A stretch of DNA of 64,000 bases from Flavobacteriales bacterium. Lineage in GTDB: Bacteria > Bacteroidota > Bacteroidia > Flavobacteriales_F > PHOS-HE28. The stretch spans positions 16,394 to 80,393 of the forward strand of contig JAEUTA010000032.1 in NCBI GenBank assembly GCA_016788205.1. The letters run 5' to 3'. Position 1 is the stretch's first letter. Every line of letters begins with the position of its first letter. This document shows, in pieces, positions 21,167 to 31,738 of this stretch. Below the pieces are notes generated by a model. The model ran no database searches. It was not told the DNA's origin and saw nothing but the letters and a program-made list of their open reading frames with translations. A program made the translations under genes and the position numbers.

Positions 21167-22026
21167 GCTTTCAGAAGCTTCATGAGGTATTCACCGTAGC
21201 CGCTTTTCAGCAACGGCAGGGCAAGTCGTTCGAGGCGATCGGCATCGATATAGCCCTTCTTGAATGCGACCTCTTCGATGCAACCGATCCTTAATCCTTG
21301 TCGCTCTTCGATGACCTGCACGAATTGCCCCGCCTGCGTCAATGAGGCGAAGGTCCCTGTATCCAACCAAGCCGTTCCCCGATCCAGGATCTCGACCTTC
21401 AATCGACCCTGTCGCAGATATTCCCGGTTCACATCCGTTATCTCGAATTCACCACGCGCGCTTGGTTTCAGGTCACGGGCGATATCGAGCACATCGTTGT
21501 CGTAGAAATAGAGACCGGGCACTGCATAATTGCTTTTCGGCTTCGCCGGCTTCTCTTCGATGCTCAGCGCGCGGTTCTCCCGATCGAATTCAACAACACC
21601 GTAGCGTTCGGGATCGCTCACGTGGTAGGCGAAGACAAGCCCCCCCTGTGGCACGGTATGTTCGCTCAATTTCCGCCCCAGGCCCGATCCGTAGAAGATG
21701 TTATCTCCCAGGATCAGCGCAGCACTCTCGGCACCCACATGTTCACGCCCGATCACGAAGGCCTGCGCCAGACCATTGGGCACCTTTTGCTCCGCATAGG
21801 TGAAAACACAGCCCAGTGAAGTACCGTCACCAAGCAGCTTGCGAAAGCTTGGCAGGTCATGTGGTGTACTGATGATGAGGATCTCGCGGATACCCGCAGC
21901 CATGAGCGTGCTCAGCGGATAGTAGATCATCGGCTTGTCGTACACCGGCATCAGTTGTTTGCTTACCGCAAGGGTGAGCGGATGCAAACGGGTTCCTGAA
22001 CCTCCGGCTAGGATGATGCCTTTCAT
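21163..22026 (-). CDS. rfbA: Glucose-1-phosphate thymidylyltransferase
   Basis: [46 protein letters not shown]. Confidence 0.97.
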   Translation of the reverse strand: MKGIILAGGSGTRLHPLTLAVSKQLMPVYDKPMIYYPLSTLMAAGIREILIISTPHDLPSFRKLLGDGTSLGCVFTYAEQKVPNGLAQAFVIGREHVGAESAALILGDNIFYGSGLGRKLSEHTVPQGGLVFAYHVSDPERYGVVEFDRENRALSIEEKPAKPKSNYAVPGLYFYDNDVLDIARDLKPSARGEFEITDVNREYLRQGRLKVEILDRGTAWLDTGTFASLTQAGQFVQVIEERQGLRIGCIEEVAFKKGYIDADRLERLALPLLKSGYGEYLMKLLKA

Positions 22027-22034
22027 ACGTTGAT

Positions 22035-24461
22035 CTATCGTTCGTCGGATTCATCGGCCTCCGGAGCATCGATCTCAGGAGCAGGGCTGTCGAGTTTCAG
22101 CTCCATCAGTTCGATATCCTCCTCTTCGTCCATGATCTCCAGCAGTGGCTCCTGGAAGGCCTTGCTCATGATGCGCTTGTTCAAGCTGAGCAACAATGAT
22201 GGAAGCACCAGGAGGTTCGTCAGCATGGCCACCAGCAGGGTGATGGTGGTAAGAATGCCCAGCGCGCGGATACCTCCGAAATGGGAGAAAGCGAACAAGG
22301 AGAACCCCGCGAGCAACACTACACTGGTGTAAATGATGCCAACGCTCACTTCACGTGTAGCGAGATCCACGCTCTTGTGCAGATCGTTGCCGGTAAGCTT
22401 CAGTTCCAACCGGTAGCGCGCGAGGAAATGGATGGCGTTATCCACGGCGATACCGAGCGCGATACCGAAGACCAGCATGGTGCTGGGCTTGATCGGGATG
22501 TGGAAGAAGCCCATCAGCCCCGCAGTGAAGAGCAGCGGGATCATGTTCGGGATCAGGGCGACAACGAGGATGCGGAACGAGTTGAACAGCAACGCCATCA
22601 ATCCCACGATGATGACCACCGCCCAGAACAAACTGGTGATGAGGTTGTCCACCAGGTAGCTGCTGCCCTTGAGGAAAACGACGGACGTGCCGGTAAGCGT
22701 GACGATGTACTTCGCTGGGTCGAAGATGCTGTCCACCTGCGTGTTCAACTTGGTCAGCAACTCCTCCATACGTGTCGTTCCCACATCGGCCATCTGCACG
22801 GTCACACGCGTGGTCTGTCGCGTACTGTCGATGAAGGAACGTGCCATCCCCTCTTTCCCGCTCGCGCTTTCCAGGTAGGGCGCCATGAAGGTCTTGTCCG
22901 TGCTGTTGAGCAACGCGTACTTGTCCGGGTTGCCTCCGTAGAACGCCTGTTTGGTGAACTTCACCGCGTCGGCGATGCTGATGGCCTTGCTGAACTCCGG
23001 ATACGTTGCAAGGGTATCCTCCAGCTTCACGATCCGTTTCAGGGCGGGATCGGTCAGGGCTCCACCTTTCTTCCTGGTGTCCACCACGATCTCCAACGGC
23101 ATCACGCCGCGGAAGTTCGATTCGAAGAACCGCAGATCGGTAAGCACGGGATTGTCCTCGGGAAGGTCGTCCACAATGCGGCTCTCGTCCTTCATGCGAA
23201 GGATCCCGATGCAGGCCACAACGGTGCAAAGCGTGGTGATCGCGTAGATCAAGGGGCGTCGTTCCTTGGACGTGCGCACGATCCACTCCACGGCCTTATC
23301 CAGCCAACGGCGATCCAGGTGGCTCAAGTGGCGAGCCTTGGGAGCGGGCATGAAGCTGAAGAGGATCGGGATCAGCAACATGCTCAACGCCCACAGGACC
23401 ATGATGCCTATGGTGGCCACCCAGCCGAACTCCTTCAACGTATCGCTGCTGGTGACACAGAACGTGGTGAAACCAACGGCAGTGGTGGCGTTGGTCATGA
23501 ACGCCGCAGCGCCGATGCGACTGATGACGCGTTGCAGCGATTTGATCTTGTTCCCATGCCGCACATATTCGTAGTGGTAGGCATTGATCAGGAACACGCA
23601 ATTGGGCACGCCGGTGACGATCACCAGTGGCGCGATGACGGATTGCAGGATGGTGATCTTATAACCGAGCAAGGCCATCGCACCGAAGCTCCACACCACG
23701 CTTATAGCCACCACTCCGAGGCAGATCCACATGACGCGCCAGCTACGGAAGAAGAGCAACAGGAGCAATCCGCACAAGGCCATGCTCAAGCCCATGAAGA
23801 GCGGCATCTCCCCTTTCACCAGTTGCGTGCTCTTCACCCGGATCCACGGCAACCCGCTCACATGCACAGGCATTCCCGTCTCTTCACCGAAAGCCGTTAC
23901 CCGCTCAGCCACCTTCGCCACCACTCCCTGGCGTTCATCGGTGTCGAAGAGCTTGGCGTTCACGAACACCATCATCAGGCTCGCCTTGGTGCTGTCATTG
24001 AATAACAGGCCTTCGTAGAATGGCAATGAGCGAATGCGCATCAAGGCGGTGTCCATATCCGCCTGGGTGGTGGGCATGGTCCTCGTGACACGTTGCACCG
24101 TGAAGCGCTTCAAACTGTCATCCCTGATCAGCTCGTACAAATGCGCCTCGCTGAAGATGCTGTCGATACCGTGGATCCTACCGAGATCATTACCGAGATC
24201 GTACCACGCCTTGAAGTTCTTCGGGGTGTAGAGCTGCTCACCGTGCGTGCCGACGACCATCACGTTGCCGTCTTCACTGAATGTCTTCAGGAAATGCTCG
24301 TACTCCACGTAGGCGCTGTCCGTCTTCGGAAGCAGGCCACCGTGCTTGTAGTTCATCTGTACACGGGTAGCCTCGTAGCCGAGGAAGGCCGTGCACAGCG
24401 CGACACCGATCAGGATCGCGATACGATTGCGTAGAACTCTATTCGCCAGCCATTCCCACAT
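22035..24461 (-). CDS. MMPL/RND superfamily transporter
   Basis: 808 aa with two blocks of TM helices separated by large soluble loops, and [13 protein letters not shown] in the second half. Confidence 0.9.
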   Translation of the reverse strand: MWEWLANRVLRNRIAILIGVALCTAFLGYEATRVQMNYKHGGLLPKTDSAYVEYEHFLKTFSEDGNVMVVGTHGEQLYTPKNFKAWYDLGNDLGRIHGIDSIFSEAHLYELIRDDSLKRFTVQRVTRTMPTTQADMDTALMRIRSLPFYEGLLFNDSTKASLMMVFVNAKLFDTDERQGVVAKVAERVTAFGEETGMPVHVSGLPWIRVKSTQLVKGEMPLFMGLSMALCGLLLLLFFRSWRVMWICLGVVAISVVWSFGAMALLGYKITILQSVIAPLVIVTGVPNCVFLINAYHYEYVRHGNKIKSLQRVISRIGAAAFMTNATTAVGFTTFCVTSSDTLKEFGWVATIGIMVLWALSMLLIPILFSFMPAPKARHLSHLDRRWLDKAVEWIVRTSKERRPLIYAITTLCTVVACIGILRMKDESRIVDDLPEDNPVLTDLRFFESNFRGVMPLEIVVDTRKKGGALTDPALKRIVKLEDTLATYPEFSKAISIADAVKFTKQAFYGGNPDKYALLNSTDKTFMAPYLESASGKEGMARSFIDSTRQTTRVTVQMADVGTTRMEELLTKLNTQVDSIFDPAKYIVTLTGTSVVFLKGSSYLVDNLITSLFWAVVIIVGLMALLFNSFRILVVALIPNMIPLLFTAGLMGFFHIPIKPSTMLVFGIALGIAVDNAIHFLARYRLELKLTGNDLHKSVDLATREVSVGIIYTSVVLLAGFSLFAFSHFGGIRALGILTTITLLVAMLTNLLVLPSLLLSLNKRIMSKAFQEPLLEIMDEEEDIELMELKLDSPAPEIDAPEADESDER

Positions 24462-24546
24462 CTCAGTTCATTCAGCCGATCGGGAGGCAGGTGGCGACCG
24501 GACCGGGACGGGCAAAGGTGCGAAATGAACGGTGCACGGCCGACGG

Positions 24547-26994
24547 CTAGAACGTGAAGGAGCTGGTGAGCTTGAAGACCAGATTATCAGCGGCTTCCGT
24601 GAATGCGTGTTCGCCGTGGCGGTAGTAGACGCCCACGCCCAAGGTGCTCAGCAGACCGTCGATCACCACGCCGCCTTCGAGGTAGGGTGCACCCACGCCC
24701 GAGAAGGTATAGCCGCGATGCAGTTCAGGCTTGGATAGGCTGCCGACCGCCACGTTGTAAACGATGCCAGGGCGCGGCTTGAAGTATTTCCCCTTCACCA
24801 GCAGGGTACCGAAGCTGTGTTTCAGGTGAAAGGCCGCATACCTATCGGCTAGGAATTCATTGGCCACCATGGTCTGGAAGGTGTTGTCAGCGGCGAGCAG
24901 GAACTTCCGCTCCTCACGCACACCATTCCCGTTCGTTCCGCGCAGGTTATACAAGTAGCTGTACGGCGCGTTCGGATCGGCGATACCACCCATCAAGCGG
25001 AGGCTGAGATCACCCACCAGACGCAGGTGGAAGGTCTTGTCCAGCGATGCGTTCACCCGCCATAACTCCGTATCTCCACCGAACAAGCCATCCACCGAGC
25101 GGAAGGCCGTGACGGAAAGGATCGGCCATTTCGTTCCTAAGGCGACCTCGCGGTCCGGTAAGCGCGCGATACGTTCGCGGAAGGCGAAGCGCATGCCGAA
25201 GGTGATGCCACCCGTTGTGAAGTCGTCGCGGAGCACAGTGACGCCTTCGGCGCGTTGTTCCGCGTACTGATATCCGATCCGGTTGACGCGCATCTCACGT
25301 TCGGCACCCAGCCACAGTTTCAGCGATGAACCGGCCCTGAAGGCGAACTGCCCGCCTATCCGTTCGTTGTGGTCCATGCGGTTCACATAGATCCAGCGTG
25401 TGCTTTCGTTGGTGATCAATGGTCGCGGGCCCTCGAAGGAGACACCGCCGCTTTCGACCACATCGTTCTCGTACAACAGCTTCAAGGCGATATCGCGGCC
25501 ATACCAGGGTTTCACGGTGAGGAAACCGCCGTACTTCCACGTTTCATCGTTGAGGCCGTAGCCAGCATAACCACCGATGCTCCCGTAACGCGTGATGCGG
25601 TCGTTCGTGGCGAGGCCCGCTCCCAAGCGCAGACCCTCATAACCATTGTAGCGAAGCACCTTATCCAGGAGCAGATCCACCGGACCAATGGGCAGGCGGC
25701 CGGTCATGAGCGCCGAGAACCACTTCAGCTTCTTGTCCAGGTCGACCTCGGCGCCAATGCTATCCATGAACTGATAGGTCTTCAGCGCCTTGGCATCCAG
25801 CGTATCGGTCCGTAATGCGCTCCAATACGCTTCATCCTGTCGCGTGCTCAGGCGATCCATCACCAGCTCCGGGCCGCGCACCTCCTTGCGCAGCACATCC
25901 GCATCCACCTCGATGTTCTTCAAATAGGTGCGCGTCACGCCATAAGGGCTCAGGCCACTGACCGAAACATTGTCCAGGTAGATGAACGCGTTCAGTTGCA
26001 CGGGGAACCAGGCCTTGTCCTGCACCTTCTCATGCAGCTGTTGGAACCGAATGCTGGCACTCTCATCGCGTTCCGCAGCTTCGGCGGTCACGTTCTGCAC
26101 AGCGTATCCGTTCGTATTGATGTAGAGCAGGCCTTTCAAACCGAGGAAGTTCGTCCGACTACGCGGCTTGTAGCTGATGACGAAAACGCTGTCCGGACCT
26201 TGATAGAGCGTGTCCTCGATCAAGAAGAGGTACTTCTTCGTGCTGCCCGGAGCGAGCGGCCCGAGATAGAGTTTCTGCGAGATACCGATCTGCGGCTCGT
26301 AGATGCTGAAAGTCTTCGTTTGTGCCGCAAGCGCGAGGAAGGACGGGTCCTTCAACCCGCTCACGCGCATGGCGAGCACCTCTTCTCTTTCCGCTGCGGG
26401 TGGGATGAAGCTCTTCTTCGTGGCACTCTCCATGAGGAAGAAATACTGGCTCTCCAGGAACTGCCGCATCTCCAGATCGCTGCTGTCCACTTCGGCCACC
26501 TGCGCCGAGTCCGTAGCTGCGGTCATGGTGGTGTCCACGGTGACGGCCGTATCCATTTCCGCCGTGAAAACGGTCTTACTGTAGCTGGTGTAGCGGTGGC
26601 TACGGTTGCGCATTCCGTCGTTGGCCTTGCGACCTTCCCTGCACCTATCAATGATGCGGTGAGCAGGGTTCTCGGTCGGCAGGACTTCCACCGCCTTCAA
26701 CTCAACGGCATTCTGGTGCATGTTCACCATCAACGGCTCAGCATTTCTGACGGCCACTTCCAGCGGCGCATAACCCACATAGCTGAAACGCAGCGCTGTT
26801 GGTAATTGTGCCACGTGGATGGTGAACCGTCCGTCGATATCGCTGGTAGCGCCTTGCTGCGCTCCGGCAGGAAGCACATGTACGAAAGCCAGCGGTTCCT
26901 TCGTGGTCTCGTCCACCACACGACCGCTGATGGATTGGGCGTGGACTGCGACCGGCAGTAAGGTCAGGCAAAGTCGGAAGAGGTGGTGAAGCAT
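24547..26994 (-). CDS. DUF5686 family outer-membrane protein with carboxypeptidase-regulatory-like N-terminal domain
   Basis: Start reset to MLHHLFRL..AVHAQ. Contains SISGRVVDETTKEPLAFVHV..SDIDGRF, PA..II, YN.YEGLRLG and a terminal Phe. Confidence 0.85.
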   Translation of the reverse strand: MLHHLFRLCLTLLPVAVHAQSISGRVVDETTKEPLAFVHVLPAGAQQGATSDIDGRFTIHVAQLPTALRFSYVGYAPLEVAVRNAEPLMVNMHQNAVELKAVEVLPTENPAHRIIDRCREGRKANDGMRNRSHRYTSYSKTVFTAEMDTAVTVDTTMTAATDSAQVAEVDSSDLEMRQFLESQYFFLMESATKKSFIPPAAEREEVLAMRVSGLKDPSFLALAAQTKTFSIYEPQIGISQKLYLGPLAPGSTKKYLFLIEDTLYQGPDSVFVISYKPRSRTNFLGLKGLLYINTNGYAVQNVTAEAAERDESASIRFQQLHEKVQDKAWFPVQLNAFIYLDNVSVSGLSPYGVTRTYLKNIEVDADVLRKEVRGPELVMDRLSTRQDEAYWSALRTDTLDAKALKTYQFMDSIGAEVDLDKKLKWFSALMTGRLPIGPVDLLLDKVLRYNGYEGLRLGAGLATNDRITRYGSIGGYAGYGLNDETWKYGGFLTVKPWYGRDIALKLLYENDVVESGGVSFEGPRPLITNESTRWIYVNRMDHNERIGGQFAFRAGSSLKLWLGAEREMRVNRIGYQYAEQRAEGVTVLRDDFTTGGITFGMRFAFRERIARLPDREVALGTKWPILSVTAFRSVDGLFGGDTELWRVNASLDKTFHLRLVGDLSLRLMGGIADPNAPYSYLYNLRGTNGNGVREERKFLLAADNTFQTMVANEFLADRYAAFHLKHSFGTLLVKGKYFKPRPGIVYNVAVGSLSKPELHRGYTFSGVGAPYLEGGVVIDGLLSTLGVGVYYRHGEHAFTEAADNLVFKLTSSFTF

Positions 26995-27080
26995 CGGCGG
27001 ACGTGAGGGGGCGTCTTGCATAGGACGGCGCAAGCCCGCCGAAAGTAACAGGCCCTTCCTCACCCCTAACTTGCATCCCG

Positions 27081-28103
27081 ATGTTCGCCCCTGCACGTGA
27101 TGCGTTCGAGTGGTCGCGCAAGGCCACGCCTCGGCGCTTGCGCAACGCGGCCAGGCTATGGAGCAGTTATCAACGCGCGAAACGTTCCGGTGATCCACGG
27201 ATCGGAGGTCTGCCGTTCAGCATCAGCTTCGAACCCACGACGGCTTGTAACCTGCGCTGCCCGGAATGCCCAAGCGGCTTGCGCGCCTTCACGCGGCCAA
27301 CGGGCAATTTGAAACAGGACCTCTTCGCGCGCGTGATGGATGAACTGGGCGATGACCTCTGGGCCCTCACGTTCTACTTCCAGGGCGAGCCGTACATCAA
27401 CCCGAACTTTCTGGACATGGTGTCGCTGGCCAGCCGGAAAGGACTGTACACGAACACGAGCACGAACGCGCATTTCCTCACAGAAGAGAAAGCGGAGGCC
27501 ACGGTGCGCAGTGGTTTGTCACGGCTCATCATCTCGCTGGATGGCACGGACCAGTCAACCTACTCGGCGTACCGGCGCGAAGGCGAACTGGCCAAGGTGA
27601 TCGAAGGGGCCGAGCGCATCGTGAAATGGAAGAAGAAGCTGAAAAGCCTCACGCCGCATGTGGTGCTCCAATTCCTCGTGGTGAAACCGAACGAGCACCA
27701 GATCCCCGAGGCACGTGCACTGACGAAGAAGATCGGTGTGGATGATCTCTGGTTGAAGACCGCGCAGATCTACGAGCCGAAGGATGATCATCCGCTGATC
27801 CCGACACAGGACAAGTATGCGCGTTACCAACGCAGCTCCGACGGCACCTGGCAGGTGAAGAACAAGCTGAGCGACGAATGCTGGAAGATGTGGCACAGCT
27901 GCGTGATCACGTGGGATGGCCGCGTGGTGCCGTGCTGCTTCGACAAGGATGCGCACCATGTGCTCGGCGATCTGCGCACACACAGCTTTCGCGAGTTGTG
28001 GAACAGCGCGGCCTACAACGACTTCAGGCGGACGCTGCTGAAGTCAAGGAGCAGCATCGAGATGTGCAGGAATTGTTCAGAGGGGTCTCCCGTCTGGGCC
28101 TGA
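27081..28103 (+). CDS. Radical SAM/SPASM domain protein
   Basis: CNLRCPEC (CxxxCxxC), FQGEP, STNA, ISLDG, and the SPASM/twitch motif C..MWHSCVITWDG.VVPCCFD..C..C. Confidence 0.92.
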   Translation: MFAPARDAFEWSRKATPRRLRNAARLWSSYQRAKRSGDPRIGGLPFSISFEPTTACNLRCPECPSGLRAFTRPTGNLKQDLFARVMDELGDDLWALTFYFQGEPYINPNFLDMVSLASRKGLYTNTSTNAHFLTEEKAEATVRSGLSRLIISLDGTDQSTYSAYRREGELAKVIEGAERIVKWKKKLKSLTPHVVLQFLVVKPNEHQIPEARALTKKIGVDDLWLKTAQIYEPKDDHPLIPTQDKYARYQRSSDGTWQVKNKLSDECWKMWHSCVITWDGRVVPCCFDKDAHHVLGDLRTHSFRELWNSAAYNDFRRTLLKSRSSIEMCRNCSEGSPVWA

Positions 28104-28111
28104 ATGAAGAA

Positions 28112-28130
28112 AGGTGGCCGTGAGCCACCT
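28112..28130. terminator. Bidirectional terminator-like hairpin between convergent radical SAM gene and frr
   Basis: AGGTGGC-CGTGA-GCCACCT in the 50-bp convergent gap. Confidence 0.55.
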
Positions 28131-28153
28131 ATCGTTCGATGCACTCCGCGTGA

Positions 28154-28714
28154 TCAGACCTTCATGATGTCCTTCTCCTTCGCCTCCACCAGCGCGTCCA
28201 CTTTCTTGTTGTAGGTGCCGGTGAGCTTCTCCACATCGCCCTCCATGCCTTTGGCGGCATCTTCGGGCAGGCCATCCTTCTTGGCGGCCTTTATGGTCTC
28301 CATCGCTTTCTGACGGCTGCTGCGGATGCCCACTTTCGCGTGTTCGCCTTCCGCGTGTGCGGACTTCGACAGCGCTTTGCGGCGTTCTTCCGTGAGCATC
28401 GGCACGTGGATGATCACGCTCTCGCCGTTATTGCTGGGGTTGAATCCGAGGTTGGCCCCGATGATCGCCTTCTCGATGGCATCGATCATCTTCTTCTCCC
28501 AAGGCTTCACGAACAAAGTGCGCGCATCGCCCGTGTTCACGGAGGCGACTTGCGACAGCGGTACCATCTGGCCGTAGTAGTCCACACGCACGCTCTCGAG
28601 CATGCTGGGCGTGGCGGCACCTGCGCGGATCTTCTGTAGCTCGTTGTCCAAATGGTCAACGGCTTTATGCATGTGTTCCTCGCAGGTCTTGAGGGCGGCG
28701 GCGGTATCGATCAT
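28154..28714 (-). CDS. frr: Ribosome recycling factor
   Basis: Start reset to MIDTAAA. Contains IRAGAATPSML..V.VDYYG, PWEK, NPSNNG and LTEERRK. Confidence 0.96.
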   Translation of the reverse strand: MIDTAAALKTCEEHMHKAVDHLDNELQKIRAGAATPSMLESVRVDYYGQMVPLSQVASVNTGDARTLFVKPWEKKMIDAIEKAIIGANLGFNPSNNGESVIIHVPMLTEERRKALSKSAHAEGEHAKVGIRSSRQKAMETIKAAKKDGLPEDAAKGMEGDVEKLTGTYNKKVDALVEAKEKDIMKV

Positions 28715-28760
28715 CGCTGTTCGTTTCGGAGGCGCAAAAGTAACTGGTGGTTCCGCTTGG

Positions 28761-29471
28761 TCAGAGCGTAACGAGCGTACCAACGGATTCGCCAGCCAAC
28801 AAACGGCCCAGGTTCCCCGGCTTGTTCATATCGAACACGATGATCGGCAGGTTGTTCTCCTTGCACAGCGTGAAAGCCGTCATGTCCATCACGTTGAGGC
28901 CTTTCTTGTACACCTCGTCGAAGGAGATGCGGTCGTACTTCGTGGCGTTCTTGTCCTTCTCGGGATCGGCGGTGTAAATGCCGTCAACACGAGTGCCTTT
29001 GAGGATCACATCGGCCTCGATCTCGATGGCGCGCAGGCTGGCTGCGGTGTCCGTTGTGAAATAGGGATTCCCCGTACCTGCGCCGAAGATCACCACGCGC
29101 CCTTTCTCCAGGTGGCGAACAGCGCGGCGACGGATGAACGGCTCCGCGATCTGCTCCATCTTGATCGCCGTGAGCAGCCGGGTCTTGTAATTCTTCGCTT
29201 CCAATGCGCTCTGCAGTGCGAGGCTATTGATCACGGTGGCGAGCATGCCCATGTGGTCGCCCTGCACGCGGTCGATGGCTCCTTCGGCCTGCATGCCGCG
29301 GTAGATGTTGCCGCCACCGATCACCACGGCCACCTGCACTCCGCTGCTGGCGATGGCCACGATCTCGTCGGCGTACTGGTTCAGGCGCTCGTTGTCGATG
29401 CCGTAGGACTTGTTGCCCATGAGGCTCTCGCCGGAGAGCTTCAGGAGGATGCGTTTGTATTTGTTGGCCAT
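28761..29471 (-). CDS. pyrH: UMP kinase
   Basis: [39 protein letters not shown]. Confidence 0.97.
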   Translation of the reverse strand: MANKYKRILLKLSGESLMGNKSYGIDNERLNQYADEIVAIASSGVQVAVVIGGGNIYRGMQAEGAIDRVQGDHMGMLATVINSLALQSALEAKNYKTRLLTAIKMEQIAEPFIRRRAVRHLEKGRVVIFGAGTGNPYFTTDTAASLRAIEIEADVILKGTRVDGIYTADPEKDKNATKYDRISFDEVYKKGLNVMDMTAFTLCKENNLPIIVFDMNKPGNLGRLLAGESVGTLVTL

Positions 29472-29484
29472 GCTTGGGTCGGGC

Positions 29485-29517
29485 AAAATAAAAAGAGGGA
29501 GGCCTTCGCCCCCCTCT
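29485..29517 (-). terminator. Intrinsic terminator after tsf
   Basis: The minus strand reads AGAGGGGGGC-GAAG-GCCTCCCTCT followed by TTTTATTTT. Confidence 0.8.
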
Positions 29518-29538
29518 CCTATGGAATGTTCAATGGCA

Positions 29539-30378
29539 TCAGACCGTAAGCGAGTGACGCTTGAAGTCCGTTGCGGTCAGTCCCTTATCCTGACTCTGCA
29601 GGTACTGCTCCACGCTCATCTTGTTGTCCTTGATGAACTCCTGGGCGAGCAGGGTGCTTTCCTTGAAGAACTTGTTCAGGCGGCCCAAGGCAATCTTCTC
29701 GGCCATGTCCGCAGGCTTACCCTCCTGGATGGCGAGTTCCTTACCGATCTCGATCTCCTTGTCGATCACGTTCTGGGGAACGCTCTCCTTGTTCAGGGCG
29801 ATCGGGCCCATCGCAGCGATCTGCATGGCCACGTCCTTGGCTGCGGTCTCGAAGCCAGCCTTGTTCAGACCGACGATGCTGGCGACCTTATTACCAGGGT
29901 GGTTGTAGGCGTACACGAAGGGAGCTTTCACTTCGGAGCAGGCGCTCACGTCGATCTTCTCACCGATCACACCGGTCTGCTCGATGAGCTTCTCGGCGAT
30001 GGTCATGCCATTGCTGTCATAAGCGGCGCTTTTCAGCGCGTCCACGCTGTTAAGTCCTTTCTCCAGGGCGATCGCAGCCATACGCTCTGCCATGGCGGTG
30101 AAGTCTCCGTTCTTCGCTACGAAGTCGGTCTCGCAGTTCACGCACACCAGCACGCCATGGGTGTTGTCGGTGTTGGTCTTCGCGATCACGAGGCCCTCCG
30201 TGGCATCGCGATCGGCACGTTTGGCGGCGACCTTCTGGCCCTGCTTGCGCAGCACATCGATGGCGGCATCGAAGTCTCCGTTGGCCTCAGTGAGGGCCTT
30301 CTTGCAATCCATCATGCCGGCGCCGGTGATCTGGCGCAGCTTGTTCACATCAGCGGCTGTAATTGCCATTGTGCTCAT
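29539..30378 (-). CDS. tsf: Translation elongation factor Ts
   Basis: [39 protein letters not shown]; start at 30378 or 30369. Confidence 0.97.
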   Translation of the reverse strand: MSTMAITAADVNKLRQITGAGMMDCKKALTEANGDFDAAIDVLRKQGQKVAAKRADRDATEGLVIAKTNTDNTHGVLVCVNCETDFVAKNGDFTAMAERMAAIALEKGLNSVDALKSAAYDSNGMTIAEKLIEQTGVIGEKIDVSACSEVKAPFVYAYNHPGNKVASIVGLNKAGFETAAKDVAMQIAAMGPIALNKESVPQNVIDKEIEIGKELAIQEGKPADMAEKIALGRLNKFFKESTLLAQEFIKDNKMSVEQYLQSQDKGLTATDFKRHSLTV

Positions 30379-30408
30379 TTTTCTAAGTGTGGTAAAGTCG
30401 GAGCGGAT

Positions 30409-30434
30409 GTCATCCCGGACTTGATCCGGAATCC
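30409..30434. repeat. Isolated REP-like palindrome (GTCA-tagged)
   Basis: GTCATCCCGGACTTGATCCGGAATCC: CCGGA/TCCGG stem with CTTGA loop, in the rpsB-tsf spacer. Confidence 0.6.
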
Positions 30435-30452
30435 CGCCCTTACGATCCATGA

Positions 30453-31244
30453 TCAGGCCTTTTCCTCGGGAGCCGCTTCTTCGCCAGCTTCGACTTCCGC
30501 CGCGTTCTCGTCAGCGCCTTCCTCACCGTCGTTCTCGTCCACGGCGGTCTTGTCGTTCTTGCGCTCTTCGATGCCTTCGTTGATCGCGGCAATCATGGTG
30601 TCTATGATCAACTCGATGCTCTTGGTGGCGTCGTCGTTGGCGGGGATCGGAAAATCAACCTTGGTGGGATCGCTGTTGGTATCCACCATCGCGAACGTGG
30701 GGATGTTCAGCTTCTTCGCTTCGGCCACGGCGATGTGCTCCTTCACGATGTCCACGATGAACAGCGCGCTGGGCAGACGGGTGAGGTCGGCGATGGAACC
30801 CAGGTTCTTCTCCATCTTCTCACGCTGACGGCTCACTTGCAGGCGCTCGCGCTTGCTCATGTTGTCGAACGTGCCATCGGTCTTCATGCGATCGATGGTG
30901 GCCATCTTCTTGATGGTACGGCGGATGGTGCCGAAGTTGGTGAGCATACCGCCGCTCCAACGCTCGGTCACGAAAGGCATGCCAGTAGGCTTCACCTTCT
31001 CGGTCACGATGTCCTTCGCCTGCTTCTTGGTGGCAACGAAGAGGATCTTCTTGCCGCCGCGGGCGATGTTCTTCATGGCCGCAGCAGCTTCTTCCAGCTT
31101 CACTGCGGTCTTGTTCAGGTCGATGATGTGGATCCCTTTCTTCTCGTCGAAGATGTAGGGAGCCATGTTCGGGTTCCACTTGCGCTTGAGGTGGCCGAAG
31201 TGGACACCAGCGTCGAGCAACTGCTTGAATTCGAGACGAGCCAT
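30453..31244 (-). CDS. rpsB: 30S ribosomal protein S2
   Basis: LLDAGVHFGHLKRKWNPNM, ILFVATKKQA, RWSGGMLTNF, DTNSDP, PANDDA. Confidence 0.98.
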   Translation of the reverse strand: MARLEFKQLLDAGVHFGHLKRKWNPNMAPYIFDEKKGIHIIDLNKTAVKLEEAAAAMKNIARGGKKILFVATKKQAKDIVTEKVKPTGMPFVTERWSGGMLTNFGTIRRTIKKMATIDRMKTDGTFDNMSKRERLQVSRQREKMEKNLGSIADLTRLPSALFIVDIVKEHIAVAEAKKLNIPTFAMVDTNSDPTKVDFPIPANDDATKSIELIIDTMIAAINEGIEERKNDKTAVDENDGEEGADENAAEVEAGEEAAPEEKA

Positions 31245-31284
31245 TGTTGTTTGATTCACTTTCCGTGTTCCCGTTGATACAGGC

Positions 31285-31325
31285 ATCCCGCTGGTAGCCT
31301 TCGTTTCCGAAGAGTCCAGCGGGAT
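31285..31325 (-). promoter_or_regulatory. Long hairpin in rpsI-rpsB spacer, candidate rpsB leader structure
   Basis: ATCCCGCTGG (31285-31294) and CCAGCGGGAT (31316-31325) form a perfect 10-bp stem enclosing CTTCG-TTTC-CGAAG; there is no U-tract. Confidence 0.5.
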
Positions 31326-31350
31326 TGGATCCTGAAGCAGCGTTGGGACC

Positions 31351-31737
31351 TTAACGCTTGCTGAACTGGTAACGCTTACGCGCTTTCTTGCGTCCGAACT
31401 TCTTCCGTTCCACGGCGCGTGGGTCACGGGTCATCAGTTCTTCGGCCTTGAGTTTCGGTTTGTGCTCCGCGTCGATCTTCACCAGCGCACGGGCGATGCC
31501 CAAGCGCACAGCGTCCACCTGACCCGTAATGCCACCTCCATCGACGGTGACGGTCACATCGTACTTACCCACCGTTTCGGTGAGCTTGAACGGCTGCTGC
31601 AGTTTGAACTGCTGCATGGTAACGGGGAAATAATCCTCGCTTTCGCGGCCGTTGACGGTAATGACGCCGCTGCCCTCGGTGAGGACTACGCGAGCGATCG
31701 AGGTCTTACGACGGCCGAGGCTATTGACAGCTTCCAT
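31351..31737 (-). CDS. rpsI: 30S ribosomal protein S9
   Basis: GRRKTSIARV, GGGITGQ, C-terminal ARKRYQFSKR. Confidence 0.98.
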   Translation of the reverse strand: MEAVNSLGRRKTSIARVVLTEGSGVITVNGRESEDYFPVTMQQFKLQQPFKLTETVGKYDVTVTVDGGGITGQVDAVRLGIARALVKIDAEHKPKLKAEELMTRDPRAVERKKFGRKKARKRYQFSKR

Positions 31738-31738
31738 C

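Noticed and set aside
22281-24005. 574-aa plus-strand ORF
   Set aside because: Shadow of the MMPL transporter.
29410-30828. 472-aa plus-strand ORF
   Set aside because: Antisense to tsf/rpsB and crosses their terminator and spacer; no recognisable domain.
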